The notes under the pieces were generated by a model that did no database searches, was not told the origin of the DNA, and worked only from the letters and a program-made list of their open reading frames with translations. Shown here piece after piece: positions 40,620 to 54,792 of a DNA stretch of 64,000 bases; position 1 is the first letter of the stretch, and each line of letters starts with the position of its first letter. The stretch is from Octopus vulgaris (Eukaryota), in contig OX597819.1 of the NCBI GenBank assembly GCA_951406725.2, positions 108,872,001 to 108,936,000 of the forward strand, read 5' to 3'. A program made the position numbers and the translations under genes.

Positions 40620-42058
40620 CGGATTCATCTCCCCCACTTCCCTATCCTCCAGTATGTCTGCAACATCGTTTCTTTGAAGCTTTTTATCCTCCAGCAACTG
40701 TTCACCAAGATCTGCCTCTTCTTTTACCATATATTGGTTCCCATAGTAATTAGCTGACGTCCGATTTTATCTTTTCTCTCCCAACATTGTCCCATGAGCT
40801 TACGGCTGTGTTGTTTGATGGTTTCTGTTAATAAGGCTATATTTCTATATAATATGCTATTCGGTAAATGTTGTTGCCAAGAAACATTCTTCACCCTCCT
40901 TAACATCTTGGTATGTGTTCCATTTACCAAGATGCCTGCTTTGTATTGCTTTCGCAAGTGTCCAGCATTCAGATCTATATATCAATTTGCTTTTTTACAG
41001 AAGCTACGAAAAACTGTATTTTGAGGTCATTAGATTTGTTGCCTATATTATGAACATCTTCATTGCTAACTATACTAATTCAGTTCTTACTTCACCCAAC
41101 CCCTTTGAGCTTTTTCTCTACAATCTCAGATACCTAAAGTCATTTGCACATTTCAATTTCGCACTCATTGATGATTTAATGGTGTTCTTTTGGATGACAG
41201 GTAACAATAAACTCAGTTTTATTTCTTTACTGCCCACAAGGGGCTAAACATAGAGGGGGCAAACAAGGATAGACAAAAGGATTAAGTCGATTACATCGAC
41301 CCCAGTGCGTAACTGGTACTTATTTAAGCGACCCCGAAATGATGAAAGGCTAAGTAGACCTCGGCGGAATTTGAACTCAGAACGTAGCGGCAGACGAAAT
41401 ACCTATTTCTTTATTACCCACAAGGGGCTAAACATAGAGGGGACAAACAAGGACAGACAAACGGATTAAGTCGATTACATCGACCCCAGTGCGTAACTGG
41501 TACTTAATTTATCGACCCCGAAAGAATGAAAGGAAAAGTCGACCTCGGCGGAATTCGAACTCAGAACGTAACGGCAGACGAAATACGGCTACGCATTTCG
41601 CCCGGCGTGCTAACGATTCTGTCAGCTCGCCGCCTTACAATAAACTCAGTCTTATTCTCATTGACATGCAGTCCTATCTGTTCAGCAGCTTCCTCAAGTC
41701 ACTGAAGTAGTGGTTGAGCTTCCTTGATAGTATTAGAAGAGCTATACCATCAGCATAATCTGCATCAGTAATCATAATTGCAGATTAACACCTGCTTTTT
41801 CGAGGAGCTGTTAGGAAACCTGTTTCTTCTGAATTTGATGTTGCATATCTTAATGAATAGTCCAGAAACGTACAAGAGTGTCGCTTCGTAGTAGTCCTGC
41901 TAGGATCGTAAAGAAATCTGTATTACCATACGGTGATAAAACTTGAGCGATGGTATATCATTATAGAGAATATTAATAACGTGTATGATGGTGCCTGGGA
42001 TACCATATACCTTGACAATCTGCATCAGTTTGACTCAGTGAATGAGTTAAATGCTTCA
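40620..42058 (-). mobile_element. Decayed RTE-like LINE RT region
   Basis: DYADGIALL (~41750), DFRYL (~41130), HTKMLRRVKNVSWQQH. Confidence 0.75.
41218..41636 (-). mobile_element. Young dimeric SINE with 14-bp TSD
   Basis: ACAATAAACTCAGT at 41204-41217 and 41637-41650; CpGs preserved. Confidence 0.92.
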
Positions 42059-43144
42059 CTACATATCTAAACATATCAAGAAACACGCGTATATATGTGT
42101 GTGTGTGAGTATACATACGTATACACTCAATGTATACAATAGTTGTTTTTGAATGAGCCTTAGGTTAATCCTGACTAGTAGACCAATATCGTTCAGGCTG
42201 TGGCCATTCTGTCTTTGTATTGCAGGATTTGCATTTAACCAAAATGGCTTCCCTTTTTAAGACGGTAGGGTGTGTTGTTCGAGAGAGATTTAGCCACTTA
42301 TTTCTAACTTCAGCGGATCTATGATAAAAGGGACTGCATTCTGGTATTAGACTTCCGTATCTAAATTGGTAAGATGTGATCTGAGGGAGATTTGACTGCT
42401 ATTTATAGCAAGTTGACCTACTCCTTTAGTTGTTATTCAGCCCTAGGTTATACTCGCTTGAGTATAAAATACATTCCAGCTGTTACTACTATGTCTTTTG
42501 GAAGTTAGGAACCGCATCCTCCAATCTGTGCTCCTCTCGCAGCAGTGAAAATAAAGCGAAGCGGTTTCACTTGTACAATAATGCGTCAATGTAATTGTAA
42601 TAGCCCTATGACAGAAGCATACTTCATTTACTAATCACTGAATTTATTTAACATGATGACTCTTACTGTCCTCTGTAATTCTGAATTTCATTAGTGTTGC
42701 AGAGTAATTATATCATAATGTCACCACGGTCGTTTTGACGAAACTTCAAATCTATCAACACATATACAATTAACTCCAAGTGTATAAGCTTATTCAATCC
42801 CACTCCTAAGTTTTACAGTTAATAAACATTCTCTAATATGTTTATTAATAATGGACAATAATAATGATCAAATATGTTTGACTTTGAACAATTGATTAAA
42901 CTTGTAGTTCTGATTAAAATGTTGAATAATCAGTAGAAAGAATAATTTTCGCCAATGTTTAATAATAATATAGTGATGTTGATTAAGTGACATCCTATAA
43001 TTTAATAAGCATGAGAGAAAGAGGGGTCACCATCTTGTACGTAATGACAAGAAAATAAGAACTTGCGAGATGTTTGTAATAAGTTATAACATATTTATTA
43101 CCAGAGCTAATGCGTTAACATATAAGGTTAATTGATGGAAAACT

Positions 43145-43740
43145 TGTAACATCACAGGAACATATTTTTTGCAACCACATGTCTCCAAGCAAATAAGGCG
43201 AACATACGCACGTGTGGATGTGTATGCGAGTAGACCGACTCAAAACTTGTCGAAAAATTAAAAGGGAATGAATGGCGCGAATTTAGAAATGTGTTCCTTT
43301 ACATAAGGGATGAACCGGAAATCCTTGACTTCCACGTCAACCGGAAGCTTCGAGAATGTCCGAGAACTTTCCTCTCGTTAAATCCCGTTTTCGTTTTGCT
43401 TTCCTGCTTGACCGCCAGGGTTCACTACATAACTCCCTCCTCTGACGAGCAGTCGATAAGCAAAATCATTGTAGTGATGCAGGGCAGATACGAAGCAAAA
43501 CGAGGCGAACACACGCGCGTGCGAATGTGTATGCGAGTGGACCGACTCAATGCATGTCGAAGAATCAACAGGCAATGAATGAATGGCGCGAATTTAGAAA
43601 TGTATTCCTTTATATAAGGGATGAACCGGAAGTCCCTGACTTCCTCGTCAACCGGAAGCTTCTAGAATGTCGAAGGAGATTACTTTCATTAAATCCCTTT
43701 TTCGTTTTGCTTTCCTGCTTAACCGCCAGGGTTCACTACA
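43145..43740. mobile_element. Two related LTRs separated by 40 bp (TRIM-like or adjacent solo LTRs)
   Basis: Both end CCGCCAGGGTTCACTACA (43429, 43740); second has TGTAGTGA...TCACTACA termini; spacer begins TAACTCCCTCC (PPT-like on minus). Confidence 0.7.
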
Positions 43741-46354
43741 ATAACACTAAATGATTTATATATATATATATAATGTATACGTCGTTGTATTTTCATGTTA
43801 GATGTATGAATTAAGTAATGATGAGATAGCCAAAACATGAGAACTAGATTATAGCTCATAGGAGGTAATCAAGCTTCTGGTTACAACAAAAATAATCTCT
43901 TAGAGAGAAAGATGAAGGAAGAGAAATATCGTGGGTCTAAATGCACATAGCATTCGGACGCAATAAAGTTCTAAAATATTCCTTGAGATTTTGGGGCACG
44001 AAAATTAAACTTTCCTTTGTCTTTCAAAGATGATGGGCTGGAAAAAATGTTAGTAGGTGTCATAGCATAGTTTAAGGATATAGCCAGGATAAACTCTGGT
44101 CCACAGTACCAAATATAGTAATATTAATCGATAGTAGCAATTACTTCTGATCCCTAGCGTAACTAGAATGTGTGCCGCCAGGGGCAGCCCGTCCGTTGGA
44201 TCCACAAAAATCACATATTGCCAACAGCAGACCCAAAAGTGGTGCCTCTTTAAAAATGCCGCCCGGGACGAACCGCCCCACCCCCAACTACACTAGTACC
44301 TCTGGCCAATATTACTGAATATACTAGTTTTATTTACCACCGGATTCGGATTTTTGTGGTTTTCGTCACTGTTTACAATTATCTTTAAAAAAATTTTTAA
44401 TGTATCATATAAATGTAATTTTTGACGCTGAATCCGAATTTGTTATTCATTTATTCCAGTAAAATGTTAAAATGTTACAGGTATTCAAAGTTTAATAATT
44501 TTCAAAATGTTCAGCCAATCAGAAAACAACGTCTTCCATCATCGGAGGTGGGAGGGGGGCAAAAATTTTTCCCCACGAGGGTTCCGGACCCCATTAATGA
44601 AGTCATTTGCATACATCCAATCAGAGCTCACACTGAAAATCCACATACTGTGCACTACTACAGTACAGCCAGTCATGCATAGAATGGTATAACCTAGGGC
44701 TAAATAACAATTTAAGGAGTAGCTCAACTTGCTATAAATAGCAGTCAAATCTCCCTCAGATCACTCTTTGAGTACAGTATAGCAGGTCTTACATACGCAC
44801 CAAATCTCCCATCATCCTCATTGACCAATTGAGCACCATCTCTATATGGAGCTAACATTAGGTCCCTATGCTCAAACTGAGATTAATGATACTGCATGTA
44901 CCCGTTGATATATGCTAGGAGGGCGCAATACGACACAGCGCCATATTGATTACGATGTTTCCAGGTCAACACCAACATTTTAAATTAGGAATGTACAAAA
45001 TCAGTCAAAAAATTAGGTAACTACACTCATTTACATTTTCTAGTAAAGTTTTCCAAAGAATATTGACGGGATCTTGTCTGTTTCGCTATGCCTGTGGAAA
45101 TTTTAAAGTTTAGTGAATTTCATGGCGTATTTAACTTTTTCCAGAAATTCTTTTTATAAAAAAGGTACTGAGATTTACAGTTTGATCATTTTTACCCAAT
45201 CAGATTTGGAAGCCATAATTTTGTGCGCGACAACACGTGTTGTCAAGTGGAAACAAATAAAATACTGGCGGGATTCTGCTTTATACACGATATATAAACC
45301 CTCATAACTTTTTATTTTTCAGATTTTTAAGAAAATGTTTGCGAATTTGTATTCTACACGCACGAATTCATACGATTATGCAAAAACCGAAACAAAAAAA
45401 TTGATGCGTGATTTAATGCCTGTTTAGCTGTTATTTTTAGCACACCTCACAATCAACTCCCGGCTCGTGTTTTACGCATTTAAAAAGCAAAAAATGACCA
45501 CGTGGCTTGACAAGACCACAGCAGAGGAGTTGCAAGCAGCTTGGTCACAGCTTTGTTTGTTACTATGGAAACAGGCACCTATATGTCTGTGGCTTTCGGT
45601 TGGCTAAAATTACTTAAAATTTGCAAACTTAAAAAGCTATTAACTCTTTAATTATTGATTTACGGTAAAAAAAAAATTTAAAAAAAGAATTGCATGCCAA
45701 TGATTACCATACAAAACTACACCAAAGAACTCAATAAGAAATCAATTGAGAAGTGGCAGCCGAACAGAAAAGATCCGCTAAGTGTTTTTTATAGGCGCAA
45801 AACCAATGGTGACTGACCGACCATAACGCACAACCTTCTAAGCACATGTGTATCTATGTATACATACATACATATATAGTTCAAATTTACAGGAAACAAC
45901 AAGTAGGTGTATTAGTTTATATATATACATATATATATTTCACATTCCTTCTTGACCTCCGTCCTATTGTCCACCAAAAAACTGGGGGTATACATGACAC
46001 TACGAAAATAGCTGAATGCTACGTTAATCTTTTCAATCAATGAAATTACCGGTCAACAGCTAGACGTACAGGTACATATACCGATCTTCCCCCACTTCCG
46101 CAGATACACACATTGAGACTCATAAACACGATCAACATGCTCTGAGAATTTACGACACAAATTTAACTTGTGAGTAAATATAACTACAGTTTTTCTATCT
46201 TCAGATTTCTCGGCAGCAGTGTTTTTGGTACTTTGAAATAAAGATCAAAACTGAACGGGTATGGAGTAGAAATACAGACAAACAATAACATGCATAAGGA
46301 ACGCATTTACATGAAAAGTTGCATTTACAAATTCCATTATGTAATCAAGTCTTA

Positions 46355-46530
46355 TCTTTACAGCTGTATCGGAGAATCGATGACTGGTTGATATAACCAT
46401 GCATAGTATACAAGGAAGTCCAATATTAAATCGATATTGTAAGTATATGCATATATTAGCAAAGGAGAAATATCAACAAGCATGGTTTTGATAACTCCGT
46501 GCAGCAAGGTTACGATATATCATCAGAAGA
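46355..46530 (-). ncRNA. Degenerate hammerhead motif with long stem II insert
   Basis: Minus: TCTT-CTGATGA-(~150 nt)-GATA-CAGCTG-TA-AAGA; GAAA mutated, stem II poorly paired. Confidence 0.45.
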
Positions 46531-46918
46531 ACCAGGCAAATGGAATAGGGAGATATTGTTGATAATATATCAACAAACCATTGATAACCCGAAAGAGTTG
46601 TAATGATAAAACTTTATTGCATCATGTAATTTGTATGTGCATACACATTCTTTACTCCTGTTATATCTGTTAGTCTACATACATACATACATGTAGAATA
46701 TGAGGGGTTCAGTTCACTGGTGATCTAAACGAATAGATACGCTGTGTAAGTGTAAACTGGTCAAACGTTAGGTTCCAAGTTCACAGCTGAGGCTGGAGTT
46801 AGGGATCCGTAATAAGCTTCCGAGTTAGAGCAAAAAAAGGACAACAAAACCAAGGCATATATTTAATTAGAATAAGGTGAATTAATTAGATCATTAATTA
46901 ACTGATTAATTAATGGAT

Positions 46919-46992
46919 TCTTACAGCTGTTTTGGGGATATCCCAAGTGATAGGTTAGCATCTCCAAACACTTGGTATTCCGTCATCAGAGA
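46919..46992 (-). ncRNA. Hammerhead motif (GAAA>AAAA)
   Basis: Minus: TCT-CTGATGA-..CCAAGTG..CACTTGG..-AAAA-CAGCTG-TA-AGA; palindromic stem III. Confidence 0.7.
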
Positions 46993-47268
46993 CAAGGTGA
47001 GTATATATGAAAGTTCTAGACAGGGAATTCACAGTTTATAATGGAATAAAATAGCAGAGAAGAATAAAGAGTAAAACAGCAGATAGAATAATACGGACAG
47101 GAGAATAAAATTCACAGCTCCTCTTCTTCCAGAGGGTATGGAGGTTGGTCCGTACTTCTGTGAATTTATAAGTCCTTAAGTATAATCCCAGGTAAATCCA
47201 GGCAGTATTTTGAATGTTGCCTTCCTGTTGAAGGAATAGATTAAGTGGAGATTAGTATGAAAATGGTT

Positions 47269-47660
47269 GGATCTTTTCGGTTTGAACGGCAGTCTTTAAC
47301 AATTTCTAGGTAAGTAAAAAATTTTAAACTTCGTATACTGGTAGAATGTGTTTATAAAACATCTTTTTCTCTTGGCTTTCTTGAGAAAATTCTATAGTTT
47401 GTAAGATATTTGTTGTTTTTTTCTTCAATTTCTGCAATTTCAACCAATCAAATACGTCTATTCTGTGCCGTATGAATATGTCCCTCGTTTAAGAAACAGA
47501 TTGGGTTTATTTACATTTGCGAAGAAAGACAGATACCCTTTCCCCCACCCCTAACCCTACAAGAGATTGAAATGCAATAGATCGATACTAGGGTCATAAT
47601 TATGGGTGACAATTTCATATGACACCGCTAGAAAAACTGCCGTTCAAACCGAAAAGATCC
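47269..47660. mobile_element. Merlin-like MITE, complete
   Basis: 24-bp TIRs starting GG; 8-bp TSD AAATGGTT/AAACGGTT. Confidence 0.88.
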
Positions 47661-48104
47661 AAACGGTTCACGTAAGTATATAGAGTGAGAAAGACAGAGA
47701 GAAACGAAAGGAACGGGGGAAGTGTGGAAAAGAATGAATAAGAGCGAAAGTAAAATAAAAATCAGAAATCAAAATAAAGATAAAGGTAGGATGCCAGTAT
47801 AATTCTTCGTTAGGGTTGGTTCGGAATGAGAAGTCAGGCATTAAGGTTTTGATAAAGTTGGGGAGGAAGGCATTTATGACTCTTAATTAAATAGATGACT
47901 TCTAGGTTAGAGTGTGGTCAGAAAGAATATTTAGTTCAGTGGTCAGTAAGGAAGGCTAAAAATAGCTAAAAAAATAGATGCCTAAATTAAGGGAATATAT
48001 ATAGGATTAAAAATACAGTTAAATGAATAAAAGATTTAAAAAATTAAAGAATTTAAAATGAAAATTTTAAAATTAAAAAAGATTATAGATTGAAAATTTA
48101 AAAA

Positions 48105-51100
48105 GTCAGCTTCACCGTATTTTCCAGCAGTTCCGCATTCTTCGGAATTAACCTAGATAAAGAATCCGCATGGCCAATTTTCTTAGAAGGAATATTCTCC
48201 ATCTTAAAGTTATAATTTAACAATATTGTACCTCAGTGTTGTAATCTGTTAGCTGAATGGATAGGAATTCCTTTCTTTGATCCGAAAATTCATATTAATG
48301 GTCGGTGGTCCGTCTAAAGTCGAAATCTTCTACTGTGGAGAAATCTCTGAAATTTCTACACGACAAAAATAAACGTTAGAGCATCTTTCTCTATCTGACC
48401 GTACTTTTTCTCTGCTGCAATCAGATCACGTGAGGCATGAACAACTGCCTTCATTTACCGTCTTTATATTTGTGTAGCTAAACTGCTCCTATGCCGTATC
48501 CAGAAGCATCAGAAGTTACAACAATCTCCGCTGCAAGATCGAAATGAGCCAGCGACAAATCCGAAATTAATATTTTTCAATATCCTGAAACGCCTTTTGA
48601 TAGTTATTTTACCAATTCCATTTGGCATCTTTCTTTAGCAAATTATTAAGTGGAGCTCTCAATTCATACATATTTGGTGCGTAGATTTGATAATATTTCA
48701 CTAGGCCCAGAAAAGGTTGTAATGTCGCTATGTTAGTTGGGGGAGGTATATTTATAATTGTGTCTGCCCTCAACGGGTCAGGTCGTCTTCTGTTTTTATC
48801 TATAATTTGTCCTAGATATTTAATTTTAGGCAAAAAGAACTCACATTTCTCCTCCCTGAGTGTGTAACTGTAATCTCTTATTTTTTGAAAAGCACACTTC
48901 ACATGTTCGATATGCTGTTCACGATATTCACTTTTAATTAATACATCATCAAGGTATGGAATTGCAAATTGACAGCCAGCCAACATCGCATCCGTAACCT
49001 GTTGGAATATTGCAGGTGTGACCTTCAGACCAAATGGCAATCTATTATATTTCTAGAGTCCTCTATGCGTATTCAATGTTAGGCGCTTCGAGCATTCCTC
49101 CACTACTTTAATTTGCAGATACGCATCAGATAGATCAAGTTTCGAAAATATTTTCCCACCATTTAGTCTTGCAGAAATATCCTCTGGAGTAGGCAGTGAA
49201 TAGTGACGCATTTTTAGAGTCATTCAAACCAGTAGAGAAATCGGTACCCCCCACCCGCTTTTTTTCTTTATACACACAGTTGGTGCTGCCCATTTAGAAT
49301 AATCGACTTTTTGAATTATTTCCATTTTCTCCAGCCTGCTTTATCGCAGCAAATGGTACCTTTCTATTAGGTTTTAATACAGGTACGACGTTTTCCTTTA
49401 TTTGAAAACAGGCCTCGGTCTTAAAACAGAGGCCTAATTTATCCGACAGCACTTTAGGAAACGTTTTAAATTTTTTTCTTCAATCCAGCTGCTGAGTTAT
49501 TTTCAGTGGTTTATTCATTTTTTGCGGAACAGACTTATGGGGAGGTCCCATAAGTCAAACAACTCCAACCAGTCCGTACCTAACGGATTGGTTGCGTTGT
49601 TTACCATGAAAACTTTTGCTCTACAGGTTTTCCCAAAAATGCGATATCACTCTACATTTCGCTTACCGAGTGTAGTTTTTCACCTGTTACACCTCGTGCA
49701 ATTTTCATGTTTTTCTTAACGTAGGTTTCCAAATTCTTTTCCACGTATCGGTATTAATAATCGAGATGTCGCTACCAGTATCTAATTGTAATTTAATATT
49801 CAGTTCGTTTACTTTTACATGTACAAATTTCCTCTTTATGGTATCATTTCTACTTTCGATTGAGAAAACTTTAGAATTTTTTATATTCGACCTTCCTAAC
49901 TTTGTTCCGCAATGTAAACTCTTGTGTTCTACTTTTCGATAACTGTAACATTTTTGCGTTTTGACAGGACAATCCTTCTTGAAACGTAGGGCTCCACATC
50001 CGTAACATGGGTTTGGTCTTAAGCTTTATTTTTTGTTGCTCATACCTTCCCGGTTGACATGCTTGTACTTGTGAGAACTTCTTCTCTTTAATTTTTTTTT
50101 ACGTCCTGACGTAAGTTTACCATTCTTTGACACTTCTCTGCAACTGTCTGCAGAGTTAAGCTTTGGTCCGCTTGCACGTGTCTCCGCATCTTTATTTGCC
50201 GTAAGCCCTTGTACAAAAATGAGGCACTTAAACATATCAGGAGTTTGTTCCTTCAGTTTAAACCTTTCGCACATTCGGTTTATGGTCCCGGCATACGTGA
50301 CAAATTCTTCATCCCCTTTTTTTAACTAAATTCCAACACTCCCATCGAGTGTTAAATAGGGAACTTTTATCACTGAATATTTTTGATAGTAGTTCCACTG
50401 TTTCCTGGAAACAAATTTCACTAGTGTTTTATGGGGTTATATGAAATTACAATAATTTTCATGTTCAGTCGGCGCTAATTTACGTAATAATAGGGATCTT
50501 TTCGGTTTGAAAGGCAGTTTTTTAAAATAATTTCCACGTAACTAAACACTTTTAAACTTCGTATACTGGTAGAATGTGTTTATAAAACATCTTTTTCTCT
50601 TGGCTTTATTGAGAAAATTCTATAGTTTGTAAGATATTTGTTGTTTTTATTTCTTCAATTTCTGCAATTTCAACCAATCAAATACGTCTATTGAGGTGAA
50701 AACATTCTGTGCCGTATGAATATGTCCCTTGTTTAAGAAACAGATTGGGTTTATTTACATTTGTGAACAAAAAAAAAAGATACCCTTCCCCCCACCCCTA
50801 ACCCTAACTAACCCTACCTAACCCTACCTAACCCTACCTAACCCTAACCCTAAAACAGATTGAAATGCAATAGATCGATACTAGGGTCATAATTATGGGT
50901 GATAATTTCATATGACACCGCTAGAAAAACTGCCGTTTAAACCGAAAAGATCCAATAATAGTCTTAGTTTTCGTTGTCCGTCCACGACTTGCAATCTTCC
51001 CTGAAGATTTCTTCGTATCTTCTAAAGTACGCTGCAAACGTTATACCCTTCTCTGAGTCATAAATGAATTCTGTTATAGAGTTCGAGAGGCCGTCTGGCG

Positions 51101-51579
51101 AAAACGAACCTATAGTGTTTCCGGACTTCTTAAGACAAAGCTCCATTAGCTGTGGTTATTGTTGTTGTTGCTGTTGTAGTTGGTGCTGCAACTTCTGTTG
51201 CTGTTCTTGATGTTGCTTTTGCGACAGTATTATAGAAGCTAATAGGTCTTCCATAATTAACAACTTTATATCACAAAAATTTGTTGACTGACCGGCGTGA
51301 GCTTCGAATCCTCGTTGACAATATTGTATCATAAATTGTTATATCGGTTCTTTTTTACACTATAACCGTGTAGTAACATATAACAAAGCATGGTAACAAC
51401 AACGTAGCAATTCAACAAACTCTCCCCGAAATATATACGAACCAACAAACGATATTCCGACAAACTACCAAAACGACACCTTACGACTTCCTGCGATTAA
51501 CTCCTACTCTTCCCTCACTCAGACCGCTACTATTTATAGTCGTTCGGTTAAGTCTATTCTCGCAGGGCGTGTCGTGACA
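48105..51579 (-). mobile_element. Gypsy (K02A2.6/Mag-like) LTR retrotransposon, decayed, lacking integrase and 3' LTR
   Basis: LTR 51325-51579 (TG...CA, TATAAA); PBS-like TGTCAACGAGGA; gag ITFAAYFRRYEEIF; protease LDTGSD (~49780); RT PFGLKVTPAIFQ, YLDD; RNase H DASGYGIGAV, GHADSLSR. Confidence 0.92.
50494..50953. mobile_element. Merlin-like MITE inserted in Gypsy gag
   Basis: TIRs GGATCTTTTCGGTTT; perfect 8-bp TSD AATAATAG; expanded CCCTAA-type tract. Confidence 0.92.
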
Positions 51580-51746
51580 CACTCCACCACACAGATACAT
51601 ACAAACGTATATATATTCAGGGTTTTGCAGACATACTCGCCCACTCGCACACACAGAGACACCCCCCCCACACACACACACACAAACACTCACATACGCA
51701 CGCGTGCACACACACAGACCCACGCTACATATATATATATATATAC

Positions 51747-51797
<51 letters not shown>

Positions 51798-53448
51798 CAT
51801 GCATGTATACTCGCATACACACATACATGGATTTGTACATACATAGATACATACACATATGCACACAACCATATACATACATACGCACATATGCATATAT
51901 ATATATATATATATACTAGCTGAAGGTGACCCGCTCTACGCGCGGGTAAGAGTGTGGTTGTTACTTTCTGTTGCTTCCTTTCAGCACGTAAAAAAAACGT
52001 GGCCGATTGCAGCGCCGCCTTGACTGGCTTCTGTGCCGGTGGCACGTAAAATGCACCAACCGATCGTTGCCGCTGCCAGCCCCCCTGGCACCTGTGCCGG
52101 CAGCACGAAAAAAGCACCCACTACACTCACTGAGTGGTTGGCGTTAGGAAGGTCATCCACCTGTAGAAACACTGCCAGATCAGACTGGAGCCTGGTGCAG
52201 CCTCCTGGCTTCCCAGACCCCGGTCAAACTGTCCAACCCGTACTAGCACGGAAAACGGACGTTAAACGATGATGATGATGATGATGATTCTCTCTCTTTG
52301 TTTCTCTCTCACTTTCCCACTCTTTTACTTTTCTTTCTCTCGGACTCTCCCTCGCTTTCTCTTACTCTCTATCTTTATCTATCTCTCTCCCATTTATAAA
52401 CAACAAAAGATCTTGAGTAAGTTGAGAAATAAAATATTTAGAAAGATCAATCATAAATATCAGGCAGTGGCAACGGAAAGGTCTGCTTCAAGGCAGACAG
52501 CAAAACGCTAACATTTAAAAGGGACAGACGAACTTGCGAGCTGAATAAAAATAATAAAATATTGGAAACCAAAGTTTGAAGGGATAGAATCTGAGGATAG
52601 TAGAGTCACCATGGCTGGCATTTCTTAACGACGGACAGCAACGTATTGACAGTTTAACAGCTGGCGTAAAATTTTGAACTTGATGTAAAAGAAAATTCGT
52701 AAACACCAAGTTTTGAAGTGATTCTTTCTCACGACAGTAGACTCACCATAGCAAGCATTCAAAACTTCTTCATCATGGACGGCAACACATTAACGATTAA
52801 AAGGCTGGCGCAAATTTTTTAGCTTGATGTAACAGAGAATTCCTAAACACTCGCTCCTTTAAATTTTAATCCCCTTCCAGCCTCATTTAGACCCCTTTTC
52901 ACATTTTGATTAATATAACCCGATTTCATTCGCGTCTACTGGGGCCACATTTTATAAGATGAGGAATTTTGTCTTAGAGGTCACGCCTTTCATTTGAGGA
53001 AAAAAATAGTTGTCATGCAAACTTGCCAGCACTTTTAACATAGGTGTGCATATTTTCAGCTGAACCGACCGACCACATAATGCACACATTATATATATAT
53101 ATACATATATGTGTATATATATGTGTGTGTGTGCACGCATTATATATACAAATATATATATATATATATATATATGTATAAATTAAATTAGAGATAAAAT
53201 CACTAATAGGCAAATCAAACAGTGCAAAACCAAAAACAAAAACATAAAAATAAAAATATAATATAGAAAATATAGAAAATATAAAATTGAAAAATGTAAA
53301 TTATTTAAATTAAAAAAAAAGTTAAATTATATTTATAATTTGTTTAAAAATATATATAACTATCAAAAAGTATTAAAAAGTTTAATATACATAAATACAG
53401 ATATATACACTTTGTATATATACATTATATATACGTATTTATATATAG

Positions 53449-53496
<48 letters not shown>

Positions 53497-53771
53497 AATG
53501 AACGCATTGATGTAACAGAGAATTCATAAACACCCGCTCTTTTAAATTTTAATCCCCTTCCAGCCCCATTTAGACCCCTTTTCACATTTTGGTTAATATA
53601 ACCCGATTTCATTCGGGTGTACTGGGGCCACATTTTATAAGATGAGGAATTTTGTCCTAGAAGTAACGCGTTTCATTTGAGGTAAAAAAATAGTTGTCAT
53701 GCAAACTTGCCAGCACTTTTAACATAGGTCTGCATATTTTCAGCTGAACCGACCGACCACATAATGCACAC

Positions 53772-53837
<66 letters not shown>

Positions 53838-54017
53838 TAGATAAGAAAGTTTGTTTGGTAAAGCACGTGGGTGAATATATAAGAAAATAGTAAAGTGTGA
53901 AAAAACGACAGAAGGCTTAAATGTTAAAAAATATATATATATTTGTGTCAAAATGTCTGGAGAATATTGGAAAAATTTTTTTCCTTTCCTTAAAATGACA
54001 TAATTTTAAAATTTTTA

Positions 54018-54055
54018 AAGAAATTACCGGTTTCGCGTGTAGCTTTTCAAATTTC
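54018..54055 (-). ncRNA. Minimal type I hammerhead ribozyme, U3-A8 variant
   Basis: Minus: GAAAT-TTGAAAA-GC TACAC GC-GAAA-CCG-GTA-ATTTC with the palindromic stem III ACCGGT. Confidence 0.75.
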
Positions 54056-54066
54056 CATAACGTCAC

Positions 54067-54106
54067 AAGAAATTTGAAAAGCTACACGCGAAACCGGTAA
54101 TTTCTT
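54067..54106 (+). ncRNA. Minimal type I hammerhead ribozyme, U3-A8 variant
   Basis: Stem I AAGAAAT/ATTTCTT (7 bp), core TTGAAAA, stem II GC/GC, GAAA, palindromic stem III ACCGGT; predicted cleavage after GUA (A54099). Confidence 0.78.
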
Positions 54107-54241
54107 TAAAAATTTTAAAATTATGTCATTTTAAGGAAAGGAAAAAAAATTTTTCCAATATTCTCCAGACATTTTGACACAAATATATATATATTTTTTA
54201 ACATTTAAGCCTTCTGTCGTTTTTTCACACTTTACTATTTT

Positions 54242-54352
<111 letters not shown>

Positions 54353-54746
54353 GTGTTGGAGTCTCTCTCATACGTGAGCGTTGACGCTGAATTCGACTGG
54401 TAAGCAGGTAACCTTGTCTTTGTTGAAATAGTTGTGAGCTGCTGTAGTTATTTCTCTGACGGGTAATAGGAATTTCCATATCCTCCGAGGAAACGAACTG
54501 TTGACCCAGACTGTCATGCTGTTAGCTGTCAGAAGTGAAAGTACGTCAATTTCGTGTATTTACGTCATTTTTATACCTTCGTTAATTTAGGCCGTTTATT
54601 TACGTACCACCACGCTGTTAGGTTTATAAAACAATTGAAGTTCAGTTTAAAGTTTATAAATAAATACATTTAATTCCCCATTATAGTAATATTTGTCTGT
54701 TGAAATCCGTTTTAAGGCGGTCAATAGTTTAATTAAAGATGTGTCT

Positions 54747-54792
<46 letters not shown>

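Larger units (their letters stand above)
46770..48104 (-). mobile_element. Probable Penelope-like 3' region/pseudo-LTR remnant split by a MITE
   Basis: Carries the HHR; weak FIK.L.P-like GIY-YIG tail near 47850. Confidence 0.4.
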
